From Cyanophora paradoxa CCMP329 (lineage: Eukaryota > Plantae > Glaucophyta): DNA of 64,000 bases. The translations under genes were made by a program, and so were the position numbers. Shown here one piece after another: positions 1 through 10,846 of the stretch; the first letter of the stretch is position 1; every line of letters begins with the position of its first letter. Location: the NCBI GenBank assembly GCA_004431415.1, contig QPMI01000100.1, positions 1 to 64,000 of the forward strand, given 5' to 3'. The notes below the pieces were generated by a model. That model was not told the DNA's origin. It made no database searches and saw only the letters and a program-made list of their open reading frames with translations.

Positions 1-3000
1 CCCCCAATTTAAAATCAGGACCTGCCGCGCGGGCCAGCCTGCGGACCCCGCGTGCGGTTTCTGATTCCCATTCTCTCAATTTAAAATCAGGACCTGCCGC
101 GCGGGGCCAGCCTGGGCTTGGGGCCCGCGTGCGGTTTCTGATTCCCTTCCCCCAATTTAAAATCAGGACCTGCCGCGCGGGGCCAGCCTGCGGACCCCGC
201 GTGCGGTTTCTGATTCCCATTCCTCAATTTAAAATCAGGACCTGCCGCGCGGGGCCAGCCGGGCTTGTGGGCCCCGCGTGCGGTTTCTGATTCCTTCCCC
301 CCAATTTAAAAATCAAGGACCTTCTGCCGCGCGGGGCCAGCCTGGGCTTGGGCCCCGCGTGCGGTTTCTGATTCCCTTCCCCCAATTTAAAATCAGGACC
401 TGCGCGCGGGGCCAGCCTGCGGACCCGCGTGCGGTTTCTGATTCCCATTCTCTCAATTTAAAATCAGGACCTGCCGCGCGGGCCAGCCTGGGCTTGGGGC
501 CCGCGTGCGGTTTCTGATTCCCTTCCCCCAATTTAAAATCAGGACCTGCCGCGCGGGGCCAGCCTGCGGACCCCGCGTGCGGTTTCTGATTCCCATTCTC
601 TCAATTTAAAATCAGGACTGCCGCGCGGGGCCAGCCTGGGCTTGGGCCCCGCGTGCGGTTTCTGATTCCCTCCCCCCAATTTAAAATCAGGACCTGCCGC
701 GCGGGGCCAGCCTGCGGACCCCGCGTGCGGTTTCTGATTCCCATTCTCTCAATTTAAAATCAGGACCTGCCGCGGCAGCCTGGGCCCGCGTGCGTTATCG
801 CCTCATCAGGAGCCTCGGGGCCCCTGGCTGGGCCCGCGTCGGTTTCTGATTCCCTTCCCCCCAATTTAAAATCAGGACCTGCCGCGCGGGGCCATGCCTG
901 CGGGACCCCGCTTCGTGCGGTTTCTGATTCCCATTCTCTCAATTTAAAATCAGGACCTGCCGCGCGGGCCAGCCGGGCTTGGGCCCCGCGTGCGGTTTCT
1001 GATCCCTTCCCCCAATTTAAAATCAGGACCTGCCGCGCGGGCCAGCCTGCGGACCCCGCGTGCGGTTTCTGATTCCATCTCTCAATTTAAAATCAGGACT
1101 GCCGCGCGGGCCAGCCTGGGCTGGGGCCCGCGTGCGGTTTCTGATCCCTTCCCCCATTTAAAATCAGGACCTGCCGCGGGGGCCAGCCTGCGGACCCCGT
1201 GCGGTTTCTGATTCCTTCTCTCAATTTAAATCAGGACCTGCGCGCGGGGCCAGCTGGGCTTGGGGCCCCGCGTGCGGTTTCTGATTCCCATTCCCCCCAA
1301 TTTAAAAATCAGGACCTGCCGCGCGGGGCCAGCCTGGGCTTGGGCCCCGCGTGCGGTTTCTGATTCCCTTCCCCCCAATTTAAAATCAGGACCTGCCGCG
1401 GGGGCCAGCCTGCGGACCCGCGTGCGGTTTCTGATTCCCATTCTCTCAATTTAAAATCAGGACCTGCCGCGCGGGGCCAGCCTGGGCTTGGGCCCCGCGT
1501 GCGGTTTCTGATTCCCTTCCCCCAATTTAAAATCAGGACCTGCCGCGCGGGCCAGCCTGCGGACCCCGCGTGCAGTTTCTGATTCCCATTCTCTCAATTT
1601 AAACTCAGGACCTGCCGCGCGGGCCAGCCTGGGCTTGGGCCCCGCGTGCGGTTTCTGATTCCCTTCCCCCCAATTTAAAATCAGGACCTGCCGCGCGGGC
1701 AGCCTGCGGACCCCGCGTGCGGTTTCTGATTCCCATTCTCTCAATTTAAATCAGGACCTGCGCGCGGGCCGCCTGGCTTGGGGCCCGCGTGCGGTTTCTG
1801 AGTCCCTTCCCCCAATTTAAAATCAGGACCTGCCGCGGGGCCAGCCTGCGGACCCGCGTGCGGTTTCTGATTCCCATTCTCTCAATTTAAAATCAGGACC
1901 TGCCGCGCGGGGCCAGCCAGGGCTTGGGCCCCGCGTGCGGTTTCTGATTCCCTTCCCCCAATTAAAAATCAGGACCTGCGCGCGGGCCAGCCTGGGCTTG
2001 GGCCCCGCGTGCGGTTCTGATTCCCTTCCCCCAATTTAAAATCAGACCTGCCGCGCGGGCAGCCTGCGGACCCCGCGTGCGGTTTCTGATTCCCATTCTC
2101 TCAATTTAAAATCAGGACCTGCCGCGCGGGGCCAGCCAGGCTTGGGCCCCGCGTGCGGTTTCTGATTCCCTTCCCCCAATTTAAAATCAGGACCTGCCGC
2201 GCGGGGCCAGCCTGCGGACCCGCGTGCGGTTTCTGATTCCCATTCTCTCAATTTAAAATCAGGACCTGCCGCGCGGGCCAGCCTGGGCTTGGGGCCCGCG
2301 TGCGGTTTCTGAGTCCCTTCCCCCCAATTTAAAATCAGGCCTGCCGCGCGGGGCCAGCCTGCGGACCCGCGTGCGGTTTCTGATTCCCATTCTCTCAATT
2401 TAAAATCAGACCTGCTGCGCGGCGCCAGCCTGGGCTTGGGGCCCCGCGTGCGGTTTCTGATTCCCTTTCTCTCAATTTAAAATCAGGACCTGCCGCGCGG
2501 GGCCAGCCTGGGCTGGGCCCGCGTGCGGTTTCTGATTCCCATTCTCTCAATTTAAAATCAGGACCTGCCGCGCGGGCCAGCCTGGGCTTGGGCCCGCGTG
2601 CGGTTTCTGATTCCCTTCCCCCAATTTAAAATCAGGACCTGCCGCGGGGGCCAGCCTGCGGACCCCGCGTGCGGTTTCTGATTCCCATTCTCTCAATTTA
2701 AAATCAGGACCTGCCGCGCGGGGCCAGCCTGGGCTTGGGGCCCCGCGTGCGGTTTCTGATTCCCTTCCCCCCAATTTAAAATCAGGACCTGCCGCGCGGG
2801 GCCAGCCTGCGGACCCCACGTGCGGTTTCTGAGTCCCTTCCCCCCAATTTAAAATCAGGACCTGCCGCGCGGGGCCAGCCTGGGCTTGGGGCCCCGCGTG
2901 CGGTTTCTGATTCCCTTCCCCCCAATTTAAAATCAGGACCTGCCGCGCGGGGCCAGCCTGGGCTTGGGGCCCCGCGTGCGGTTTCTGATTCCCTTCCCCC

Positions 3001-5239
3001 CAATTTAAAATCAGGACCTGCCGCGCGGGGCCAGCCTGCGGACCCCGCGTGCGTTTCTGATTCCATTCCTCAATTTAAAATCAGGACCTGCGCGCGGGCC
3101 AGCCTGGGCTTGGGGCCCCGCGTGCGGTTTCTGATTCCCTTCCCCCCAATTTACAATCAGGACCTGCCGCGCGGGGCCAGCCTGCGGACCCCGCGTGCGG
3201 TTTCTGATTCCCATTCTCTCAATTTAAAATCAGGACCTGCCGCGCGGGGCCAGCCTGGGCTTGGGGCCCCGCGTGCGGTTTCTGATTCCCTTCCCCCCAA
3301 TTTAAAATCAGGACCTGCCGTGCGGGGCCAGCCTGCGGACCCCGCGTGCGGTTTCTGATTCCCATTCTCTCAATTTAAACTCAGGACCTGCCGCGCGGGG
3401 CCAGCCTGGGCTTGGGGCCCCGCGTGCGGTTTCTGATTCCCTTCCCCCCAATTTAAAATCAGGACCTGCCGCGCGGGGCCAGCCTGGGCTTGGGGCCCCG
3501 CGTGCGGTTTCTGAGTCCCTTCCCCCCAATTTAAAATCAGGACCTGCCGCGCGGGGCCAGCCTGCGGACCCGCGTGCGGTTTCTGATTCCATTCTCTCAA
3601 TTAAAATCAGGACCTGCGCGCGGGCCAGCCAGGGCTTGGGGCCCGCGTGCGGTTTCTGATTCCCTTCCCCCAATTTAAAATCAGGACCTGCCGCGCGGGC
3701 CAGCCTGCGGACCCCGCGTGCGGTTTCTGATTCCATTCTCTCAATTTAAAATCAGGACCTGCGCGCGGGCCAGCCAGGGCTTGGGCCCGCGTGCGGTTTC
3801 TGATTCCCTTCCCCCCAATTTAAAATCAGGACCTGCCGCGCGGGGCCAGCCTGGGCTTGGGGCCCCGCGTGCGGTTTCTGATTCCCTTCCCTCCAATTTA
3901 AAATCAGGACCTGCCGCGCGGGGCCAGCCTGGGCTTGGGGCCCCGCGTGCGGTTTCTGAGTCCCTTCCCCCCAATTTAAAATCAGGACCTGCCGCGCGGG
4001 GCCAGCCTGCGGACCCCGCGTGCGGTTTCTGATTCCCATTCTCTCAATTTAAAAATCAGGACCTGCCGCGCGGGGCCAGCCAGGGCTTGGGGCCCCGCGT
4101 GCGGTTTCTGATTCCCTTCCCCCCAATTTAAAATCAGGACCTGCCGCGCGGGGCCAGCCTGCGGACCCCGCGTGCGGTTTCTGATTCCCATTCTCTCAAT
4201 TTAAACTCAGGACCTGCCGCGCGGGGCCAGCCTGGGCTTGGGGCCCGCGTGCGGTTTCTGATTCCCTTCCCCCAATTTAAAATCAGGACCTGCCGCGCGG
4301 GCCAGCCTGCGACTCCGCGTGCGGTTTCTGATTCCCTTCCCTCAATTTAAAATCAGGACCTGCCGCGCGGGCCAGCCTGGGCTTGGGCCCCGCGTGCGGT
4401 TTCTGATTCCATTCTCTCAATTTAAAATCAGGACCTGCCGCGCGGGCCAGCCTGGGCTTGGGCCCTGCGTGCGGTTTCTGATTCCCTTCCCCCAATTTAA
4501 AATCAGACCTGCCGCGCGGCGCCAGCCTGGGCTTGGGGCCCGCGTGCGGTTTCTGATTCCCTTCCCCCAATTTAAAACCAGGACCTGCCGCGCGGGCCAG
4601 CCTGGGCTTGGGGCCCCGCGTGCGGTTTCTGATTCCCTTCCCCCAATTTAAAATCAGGACCTGCCGCGCGGGCCAGCCTGCGGACCCCGCGTGCGGTTTC
4701 TGATTCCCATTCTCTCAATTTAAACTCAGGACCTGCGCGCGGGGCCAGCCTGGCTTGGGCCCCGCGTGCGGTTTCTGATTCCCATTCTCTCAAATTTAAA
4801 ATCAGGACCTGCCGCGCGGGGCCAGCCTGCGGACCCCGCGTGCGGTTTCTGATTCCCATTCTCTCAATTTAAAATCAGGACCTGCCGCGCGGGGCCAGCC
4901 TGGGCTTGGGGCCCCGCGTGCGGTTTCTGAGTCCCTTCCCCCCAATTTAAAATCAGGACCTGCCGCGCGGGGCCAGCCTGCGGACCCCGCGTGCGGTTTC
5001 TGATTCCCATTCTCTCAATTTAAAATCAGGACCTGCCGCGCGGGGCCAGCCTGGGCTTGGGGCCCCGCGTGCGGTTTCTGATTCCCTTCCCCCCAATTTA
5101 AAATCAGGACCTGCCGCGCGGGGCCAGCCTGCGGACCCCGCGTGCGGTTTCTGATTCCCTTCCCCCCAATTTAAAATCAGGACCTGCCGCGCGGGGCCAG
5201 CCTGGGCTTGGGGCCCCGCGTGCGGTTTCTGATTCCCAT
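1..5239. repeat. Satellite array of ~70 monomers of two types (A 73 bp, B 78 bp), often alternating as a ~151-bp dimer; continues off the left edge
   Basis: Monomer AATTTAAAATCAGGACCTGCCGCGCGGGGCCAGCCTG[CGGA|GGCTTGGGG]CCCCGCGTGCGGTTTCTGATTCCC[ATTCTCTC|TTCCCCCC]. Unit starts at 4866, 4944 and 5017 give lengths of 78 and 73 bp. Confidence 0.98.
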
Positions 5240-5260
5240 CCTTCTAGGTTAATGTGATGA

Positions 5261-5670
5261 CCCAGAAAGAAAAGTTTAAGCCTGATGCCTGCCTCGCGGG
5301 GCGAGCCAGAAAGACGGCCGCCCCATGAGCGGCGGCGGCCTAGAAAGAAAAGTGTTAGCCTGATGCCTGCCTCACGGGGCGAGCCAGAAAGACGGCCGCC
5401 CCGCGAGCGGCGGCGGCCCAGAAAGAAAAGTGTAAGCCTGATGCCTGCCTCGCGGGGCGAGCCAGAAAGACGGCCGCCCCGTGAGCGGCGGCGGCCTAGA
5501 CAGAAAAGTGTAAGCCTGATGCCTGCCTCACGGGGCGAGCCACAAAGACGGCCGCCCCGCGAGCGGCGGCGGCCCAGAAAGAAAAGTGTGAGCCTTATGC
5601 CTGCCTCGCGAGGCGAGCAAGAAAGAAGGCCGCCCCGCGAGCGGCGGCGGCCCAGAAAGAAAAGTGTTAG
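5261..5670. repeat. 78-bp tandem repeat, 5 full copies plus a partial copy
   Basis: Units start at 5261, 5339, 5417, 5495, 5573 and 5651 (CCCAGAAAGAAAAGTG...). Each has an internal inverted repeat CTCGCGGGGCG...CGCCCCGCGAG. Confidence 0.97.
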
Positions 5671-5759
5671 GAATTATTCTTTACCTTGGCCTGATCCTCT
5701 TGATCCTCCTGAACTTTGCGCAATCCCCTCGGAATCGAAGGAGAGCACGAGTCAGTCCC

Positions 5760-7030
5760 AAGGGCAGCAAAGGGCATCGGCGCGTACCGTGGCGGGCCCG
5801 TCTCTAGGTCTGTGGGGCCCAGCACGAAGGCGCCTTGCCGCCCGAGCTTCTGCGCACAGGCGAACAGTCAGGGGCGCGGCGGAGGGCATCGGGACGCGGC
5901 GCGCACCGAGGCGGGCCCGCCTCTAGCGGTTCAAGGGGGCCGGCGCGAGGGCGCCTTGCCGCCCGAGCTTCTGCGCACAAGAGATCAGCCAGGGGCGCGG
6001 CGGAGGGCATCGGGACGCGGCGCGCACCGAGGCGGGCCCGCCTCTAGCGGTTCAAGGGGGCCGGCGCGTGGGCGCCTTGCCGCCCGAGCTTCTGCGCACA
6101 AGGGATCAGCCAGTATAGCGGCGGAGGGCATCGGGACGCGGCGCGCACCGAGGCGGGCCCGCATCTAGCGGTTCAAGGGGGCCGGCGCGAGGGCGCCTTG
6201 CCGCCCGAGCTTCTGCGCGCAAGGGATCAGTCAGTGTGGCGGCGGAGGGCATCTGAACGCGGCGCGCACCGAGGCGGGCCCGCCTCTAGCGGTTCAAGGG
6301 GGCCGGCGCGAGGGCGCCTTGCCGCCCGAGCTTCTGCGCACAAGGGATCAGCCAGTGTGGCGGCGGAGGGCATCGGGACGCGGCGCGCACCGAGGCGGGC
6401 CCGCCTCTAGCGTCTGAGGGGGCCGGAGCGAGGGCGCCTTGCCGCCCGAGCTTCTGCACACAAGGGATCAGTCACGGGGGCGGCGGGGGGCGTGGGGCGG
6501 CGGTGCGCACCGAGGCGGGCCCGCATCTAGCGGTTCAAGGGGGCCGGCGCGAGGGCGCCTTGCCGCCCGAGCTTCTGCGCGCAAGGGATCAGCCAGGGGC
6601 GCGGCGGAGGGCATCGGGACGCGGCGCGCACCGAGGCGGGCCCGCCTCTAGCGGTTCAAGGGGGCCGGCGCGAGGGCGCCTTGCCGCCCGAGCTTCTGCG
6701 CACAAGGGATCAGCCAGTGTAGCGGCGGAGGGCATCGGGACGCGGCGCGCACCGAGGCGGGCCCGCCTCTAGCGGTTCAAGGGGGCCGGCGCGAGGGCGC
6801 CTTGCCGCCCGAGCTTCTGCGCGCAAGGGATCAGTCAGTGTGGCGGCGGAGGGCATCGGGACGCGGCGCGTACCGAGGCGGGCCCGCCTCTAGCGGTTCA
6901 AGGGGGCCGGCGCGTGGGCGCCTTGCCGCCCGAGCTTCTGCGCACAAGGGATCGGTCACGGGGGCGGCGGGGGGCATGGGGCGGCGGTGCGCACCGAGGC
7001 AAGCTTGCCTCGAGGTCCGCGGGGGCCGGC
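5760..7030. repeat. 121-bp tandem repeat, ~10.5 copies
   Basis: GGAGGGCATC recurs at 5881, 6002, 6123, 6244 and onward. Most units contain the palindrome GAGGCGGGCCCGCCTC. Confidence 0.96.
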
Positions 7031-7065
7031 GCGAGCGCGCGGCCCCCGCCGCGCCGCGGCGCCGC

Positions 7066-9530
7066 TCAGAGCTCGAGGGCGCGGCGGCGGGCCGCGACGG
7101 CGCCGAGGAGCTCGGCGGCGAACGCGGCGCCGGCGCCGCGGAGGGCCGCGCGCGCCGCGGCATCGAGGACGGCTCCGCGGCGCACCGCGGCGGCCGCCAT
7201 GCAGCCGACGCGGTCGAGGGCGCCCTCCGCGGAGATGGCCAGCCCGAGGGCCTTCGCCTCCGCCGCGGGAGCGGCCCCCGCAGGCGGCCGACGGACGGCG
7301 CGTCCGCCTTCTCCGCCGGCGGCGCGGGCCCGCGGCCTTGGCCTCGAAGGCCTCCAGCAGGCCCGCAGCGAGCTTGCCGGTCGGGGCCTTGGGCTTCGCC
7401 GCCGCCGGCGCCGCAGCGCCGGCCTCGAACTGGCGGACTCGGGCGGCCGTGGCGAGCGACCCGGCGGCCTTGGGCGTGGCCGCCGGCTGCGGCGCGGCCG
7501 CGGCCGAGGCCGCGCCGCTCCCGAAGAGCGCGAGCTTGCGGGCGAACGGAAGGAGCTCGGGGCGGGGCCGGCGCCCCCTCCTCGCCGCTCTCGGGCTCCT
7601 CCTCCGACTCGCTCGGGAGAGGGTCGAAGTCGGCCGCGCCCTCGCTGCTCGCCTCGTCGTCGCTCCCCGAGTCGCTGCTGCCGTCGCTGCAGCTGCTGCC
7701 GCTGTCGGCCGGGGCGGCCGGGGCGGGGGCCGGGCCGGGGCCGGGCAGCCGGCCGGGCGGCGGGCCGGGCCGCCGAGCGGGAAGTTGGCCGAGAAGGCCG
7801 CCTCGGCGCGCTGCTTCGTGACGAAGCGGGCAAACCAGCCGCACAGCGTCGCGCCGGGCGCGCGCTCGCCCACGACGAGGCCGCTGATGCGGTCGCCGTC
7901 GCCGACGGCGCGGCGGGCGTGGATCCGCAGGCCGACGTCGGTCTCCAGAGTCGCCTTGCCGGTGCTCGCGTGGATGTACCGGAGGCGGGCCGAGCACTCG
8001 GAGAATACGACGAGGCCGGTGCGGGTGCGGGCGAGGGCCAGGGCGGGGCCCGAGGTCGCCGCGCACGACGGCTGCCAGTCGTCCGAGGCCTTGTGCAGGT
8101 CAAGGACGGGCTGCGCGAGCCGCCGGCCCTCCCGCTGGAAGAGGCCGTTCGCCCGCAGGGGCGTGTCCTGCGTCCAGTCGGCTGCGCGCGCGGGGCGGTC
8201 AGCGGTCGGGATCCGGAGTGCGGCGGCGGCGGCGGCGCGGCGTGGGGGCGCATGCGCATGCGCACCGGATGCGCTGAGCATCTCGTCGGCCGAGAGGCCG
8301 AGGACGACGCGGGCCGCGAGGGCGGCCAGCGTCGCCCTCTCGACGGCCAGGGCGTGCTGGAGCAGCCCGGCGTCGGCCTCCAGCCCGAGGAGGGCGAGGG
8401 CGGCGACGAGCGCCGCCGATCCCTCCGCCGGCACGCCGACCGGCAGGCCCAGCTGCCGCACGCCGCTCGGCCCCGGGAGGAGCAGCGACATGTCGGCACT
8501 GCGGCGCGCGCTCGAACGTCAGGCGGCGCGTGCGGGGAAAGGCGCGAAAAGGAAAGCGGGCGGACCGGAGGGCGTCGCGGACGAACTGGCTCGAGACGAG
8601 CTGCTGCCGACCGTCGAGGTCGAAGCAGTCGCCGAGATCGAGCTCGCGCACGTCCGGGTCCGCGCAGGCGTTCCAGCGCTGCTGCTGGGCCCGGAGCTCG
8701 CCGAGGGCGTCGCAGGCCGACTCCCGAAGGAGCGCCTCGTGCGCGCCGCTGAGCTCGCCCTTCTCCTTCGTCGATTTCGCAACGCTCGCGACGACGTGGA
8801 GGCACCCGAGATCGCGCACGACGGCGGCGCCGGTCTTCGCCAGCCGGTCGGCGGTCTTGCGAAGGCCGAGGGACACGAGGTCCTCACAGATCTTCGACAG
8901 GACGCTCTGCGCGCGCGTCATCGTTAGAAATAGCAACCGAGAACAAGATTCTCGACCGCGGAAGGGGCGCACGGTTCCCGAGTGAAGGGATCCGGGAACG
9001 GCGGAGCGGAGCCGGAGGCCGCCCGCCGCCAGCACCTCGTCCGCGCTCAGCTCCACACGAATGCAGGCGGGCAGGACAGAGGGCTTGCCGAACGACTGCG
9101 CGTACGCGGGCCCGGTGGTCAGCAGCGATTTTGCCGGCGCGCGGGCGGCGCGGCCGCGCCGCGCACCTCAAGCGAGACGTTCGGCGCAGTAGCGAAGACT
9201 CCCAGCGACATGGCGGAAGTCATCTGCGTGTTCGGATCGGCGGCGTGAAGGGATCCTTGACCGGACGGAGCACGCGAACCGTCTTCGCCTCGAGGGCGGG
9301 CAGGAGCACCGAGAGGCTCACGGAACGCATGCTTATCACGTGGATAGCAGGTTTGTGGCTCGGAAAGCAAAAAACACTTTTGTTCACGAGGATCAAAAGT
9401 GTGACCGGCAGGGGTCGAGCGCACAGCTTTGTTGCCCATGGTGTTGCGAACTGGCCGGCTTGAACGCGCCTTGCGGACTGGCCAGCTGAGGGCTTTTGCA
9501 CTTGCGCATGCTGGCTGCTCTGAGACAAGC
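7066..9530 (-). CDS. Hypothetical multi-exon protein (5' end uncertain, possibly to ~9943; apparent frameshifts near 7.3-7.8 kb)
   Basis: Exons join in frame through GTNCGC..AG introns (…WATKL|MRSVSLSVLLPALEAKT|MTSAMSLGVFATAPNVSLE|SFGKPSVLPACIRVEL…). Protein-like segments lie in ORFs 8199-9056, 6956-8491 and 7066-8805. No domain recognised. Confidence 0.55.
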
Positions 9531-9841
9531 GCTACGGCTGCAGGTGGCTTGCGAGCCACGGCGGGTGGCTTCCGTCCCGAGCCTCGCAGCAGCTGGTATG
9601 CGGCTCGTTTGCGTCACGACTTGCACGGCGACAGCCGCAGCTTCGTAGCTTCTTAGCTTCGTAGCTTGGATGAGGAATGCCGCGTGGATGAGCACGTTTT
9701 GAGCGCTCGGATCTTCCGCGCGCTACAGCTTGGCACCCGTCTGAGGGCCGCCTCCCAGGTTTGCGTTTCGAGCGGTTTTTGTCATTATCCGACCGCCGTA
9801 GGCGTCTCAAGTCTCCCCGTACTTGTCCCAAGCGTAGATCT

Positions 9842-9899
9842 CTCTAGCTTTGAGATCTCCTCTAGCTTTGAGATCTCCTCTAGCTTTGAGATCTCCTCT
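9842..9899. repeat. 18-bp x3 tandem repeat (reads EEISKL x3 on the minus strand)
   Basis: CTCTAGCTTTGAGATCTC occurs three times. Confidence 0.9.
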
Positions 9900-10846
9900 G
9901 CTGTTCTGCGGTATAAAAGGGCCCAAGACCCTTCTGCGGTCATTGCCACCGGACCTGATCGGTAAATCGCCACCAGGCGTGGTCGCGCGGCAACGCGCGG
10001 CCGGGGCGAAGGTCCGTACGTGCAAAGGGGCGCGTGCGGCGCCTTCAATGCACGTTGTCTAACTTCCGCTGCGGCAGGCGCTCTCGGCGCGCGCTCAATT
10101 ACGGGCGCGCTCTCGATCGCCTCACAAGGGTGCGCTTCTCCGCGCATGAGCTCGTCGAATTCGAAGCAGCGCCGCGGCAACCCTGGCGCTCCCGTAGCAG
10201 CTGTTCGGTGGATGGCGGGCTGGGCGCCCCTCGTGGTCCAATCCCACGAACTGGAGCCCCAAAGTTGAGATCCGTCTAGCTTGTAGACGTTCTGTCTGCA
10301 GCCTGCGTGTTTCTCGAAGTACAAGCCGCGAACGCCGAACGCCGAACGCCGCGTCTGGGCCTCTGCCGACCTTGCCCGCGGCCGCGGCCCCGTCGCCCCC
10401 ATGGCCACGTGCACGCCCCTCGCGCGCTGCCGCTGCCGCGCTCTCGGCTTGCTCCCGAGGTCCGCCTCCCTCCCCCGCGCCCTGCCTCCGGCCACGCTGA
10501 CGGCGGCGCGCAGTTCAAGCCGCCCCGGCGGCGCTCGCCGGCCCGCACGCGGCCCGGTGGCCCCACCTCTCGCGCCTGGATGCGCTCCGCCGCCCCGCCG
10601 CAGCCGCCGCGTCACGAGTACTACGGTAAGCTTATCGAGCGAGTTTGAAACAGCGAATTGACTACGTAAACATAGTATACACGGTACATGTGCATCGATA
10701 TCTGCATCTGAACTAGACTAGTTGACGGATCCGGCTGGACCTAGAGAGGGATCCCTCGGTCGCGGCCATGGCCATCAGCATCGAAGGCCAAGGGACTCGC
10801 CTAGCTAGACCCAGGGCCGCGCCCTCCGCCCCCGCCGCAGGCCGGG

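Noticed and set aside
224-4859. Many short ORFs in the satellite
   Set aside because: They are translations of the tandem repeat in several frames, broken by homopolymer indels.
1-5239. CRISPR array
   Set aside because: The variable segments take only two recurring states rather than unique spacers, there are no cas genes, and the context is eukaryotic.
5285-5926. Arg-rich 26-aa repeat ORF (MPASRGEPERRPP…)
   Set aside because: It is open only because the unit is 78 bp and lacks stops in that frame. The unit is homologous to the non-coding satellite core.
5925-6905. tRNA/SINE B-box (GGTTCAAG) in the 121-bp repeat
   Set aside because: No full B-box, A-box spacing or cloverleaf was found.
7270-7780. 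Programmed frameshifting or pseudogenisation (also ~16350-17600)
   Set aside because: The shifts fall in G/C homopolymer runs, and similar indels pepper the satellite, so long-read error is the simpler explanation. Polished reads are needed.
6802-8927. Long plus-strand ORFs (612 aa, 646 aa) and similar Arg/Gly/Pro-rich ORFs throughout the window
   Set aside because: These are antisense or off-frame shadows caused by high GC. The splice-consistent protein lies on the other strand or frame.
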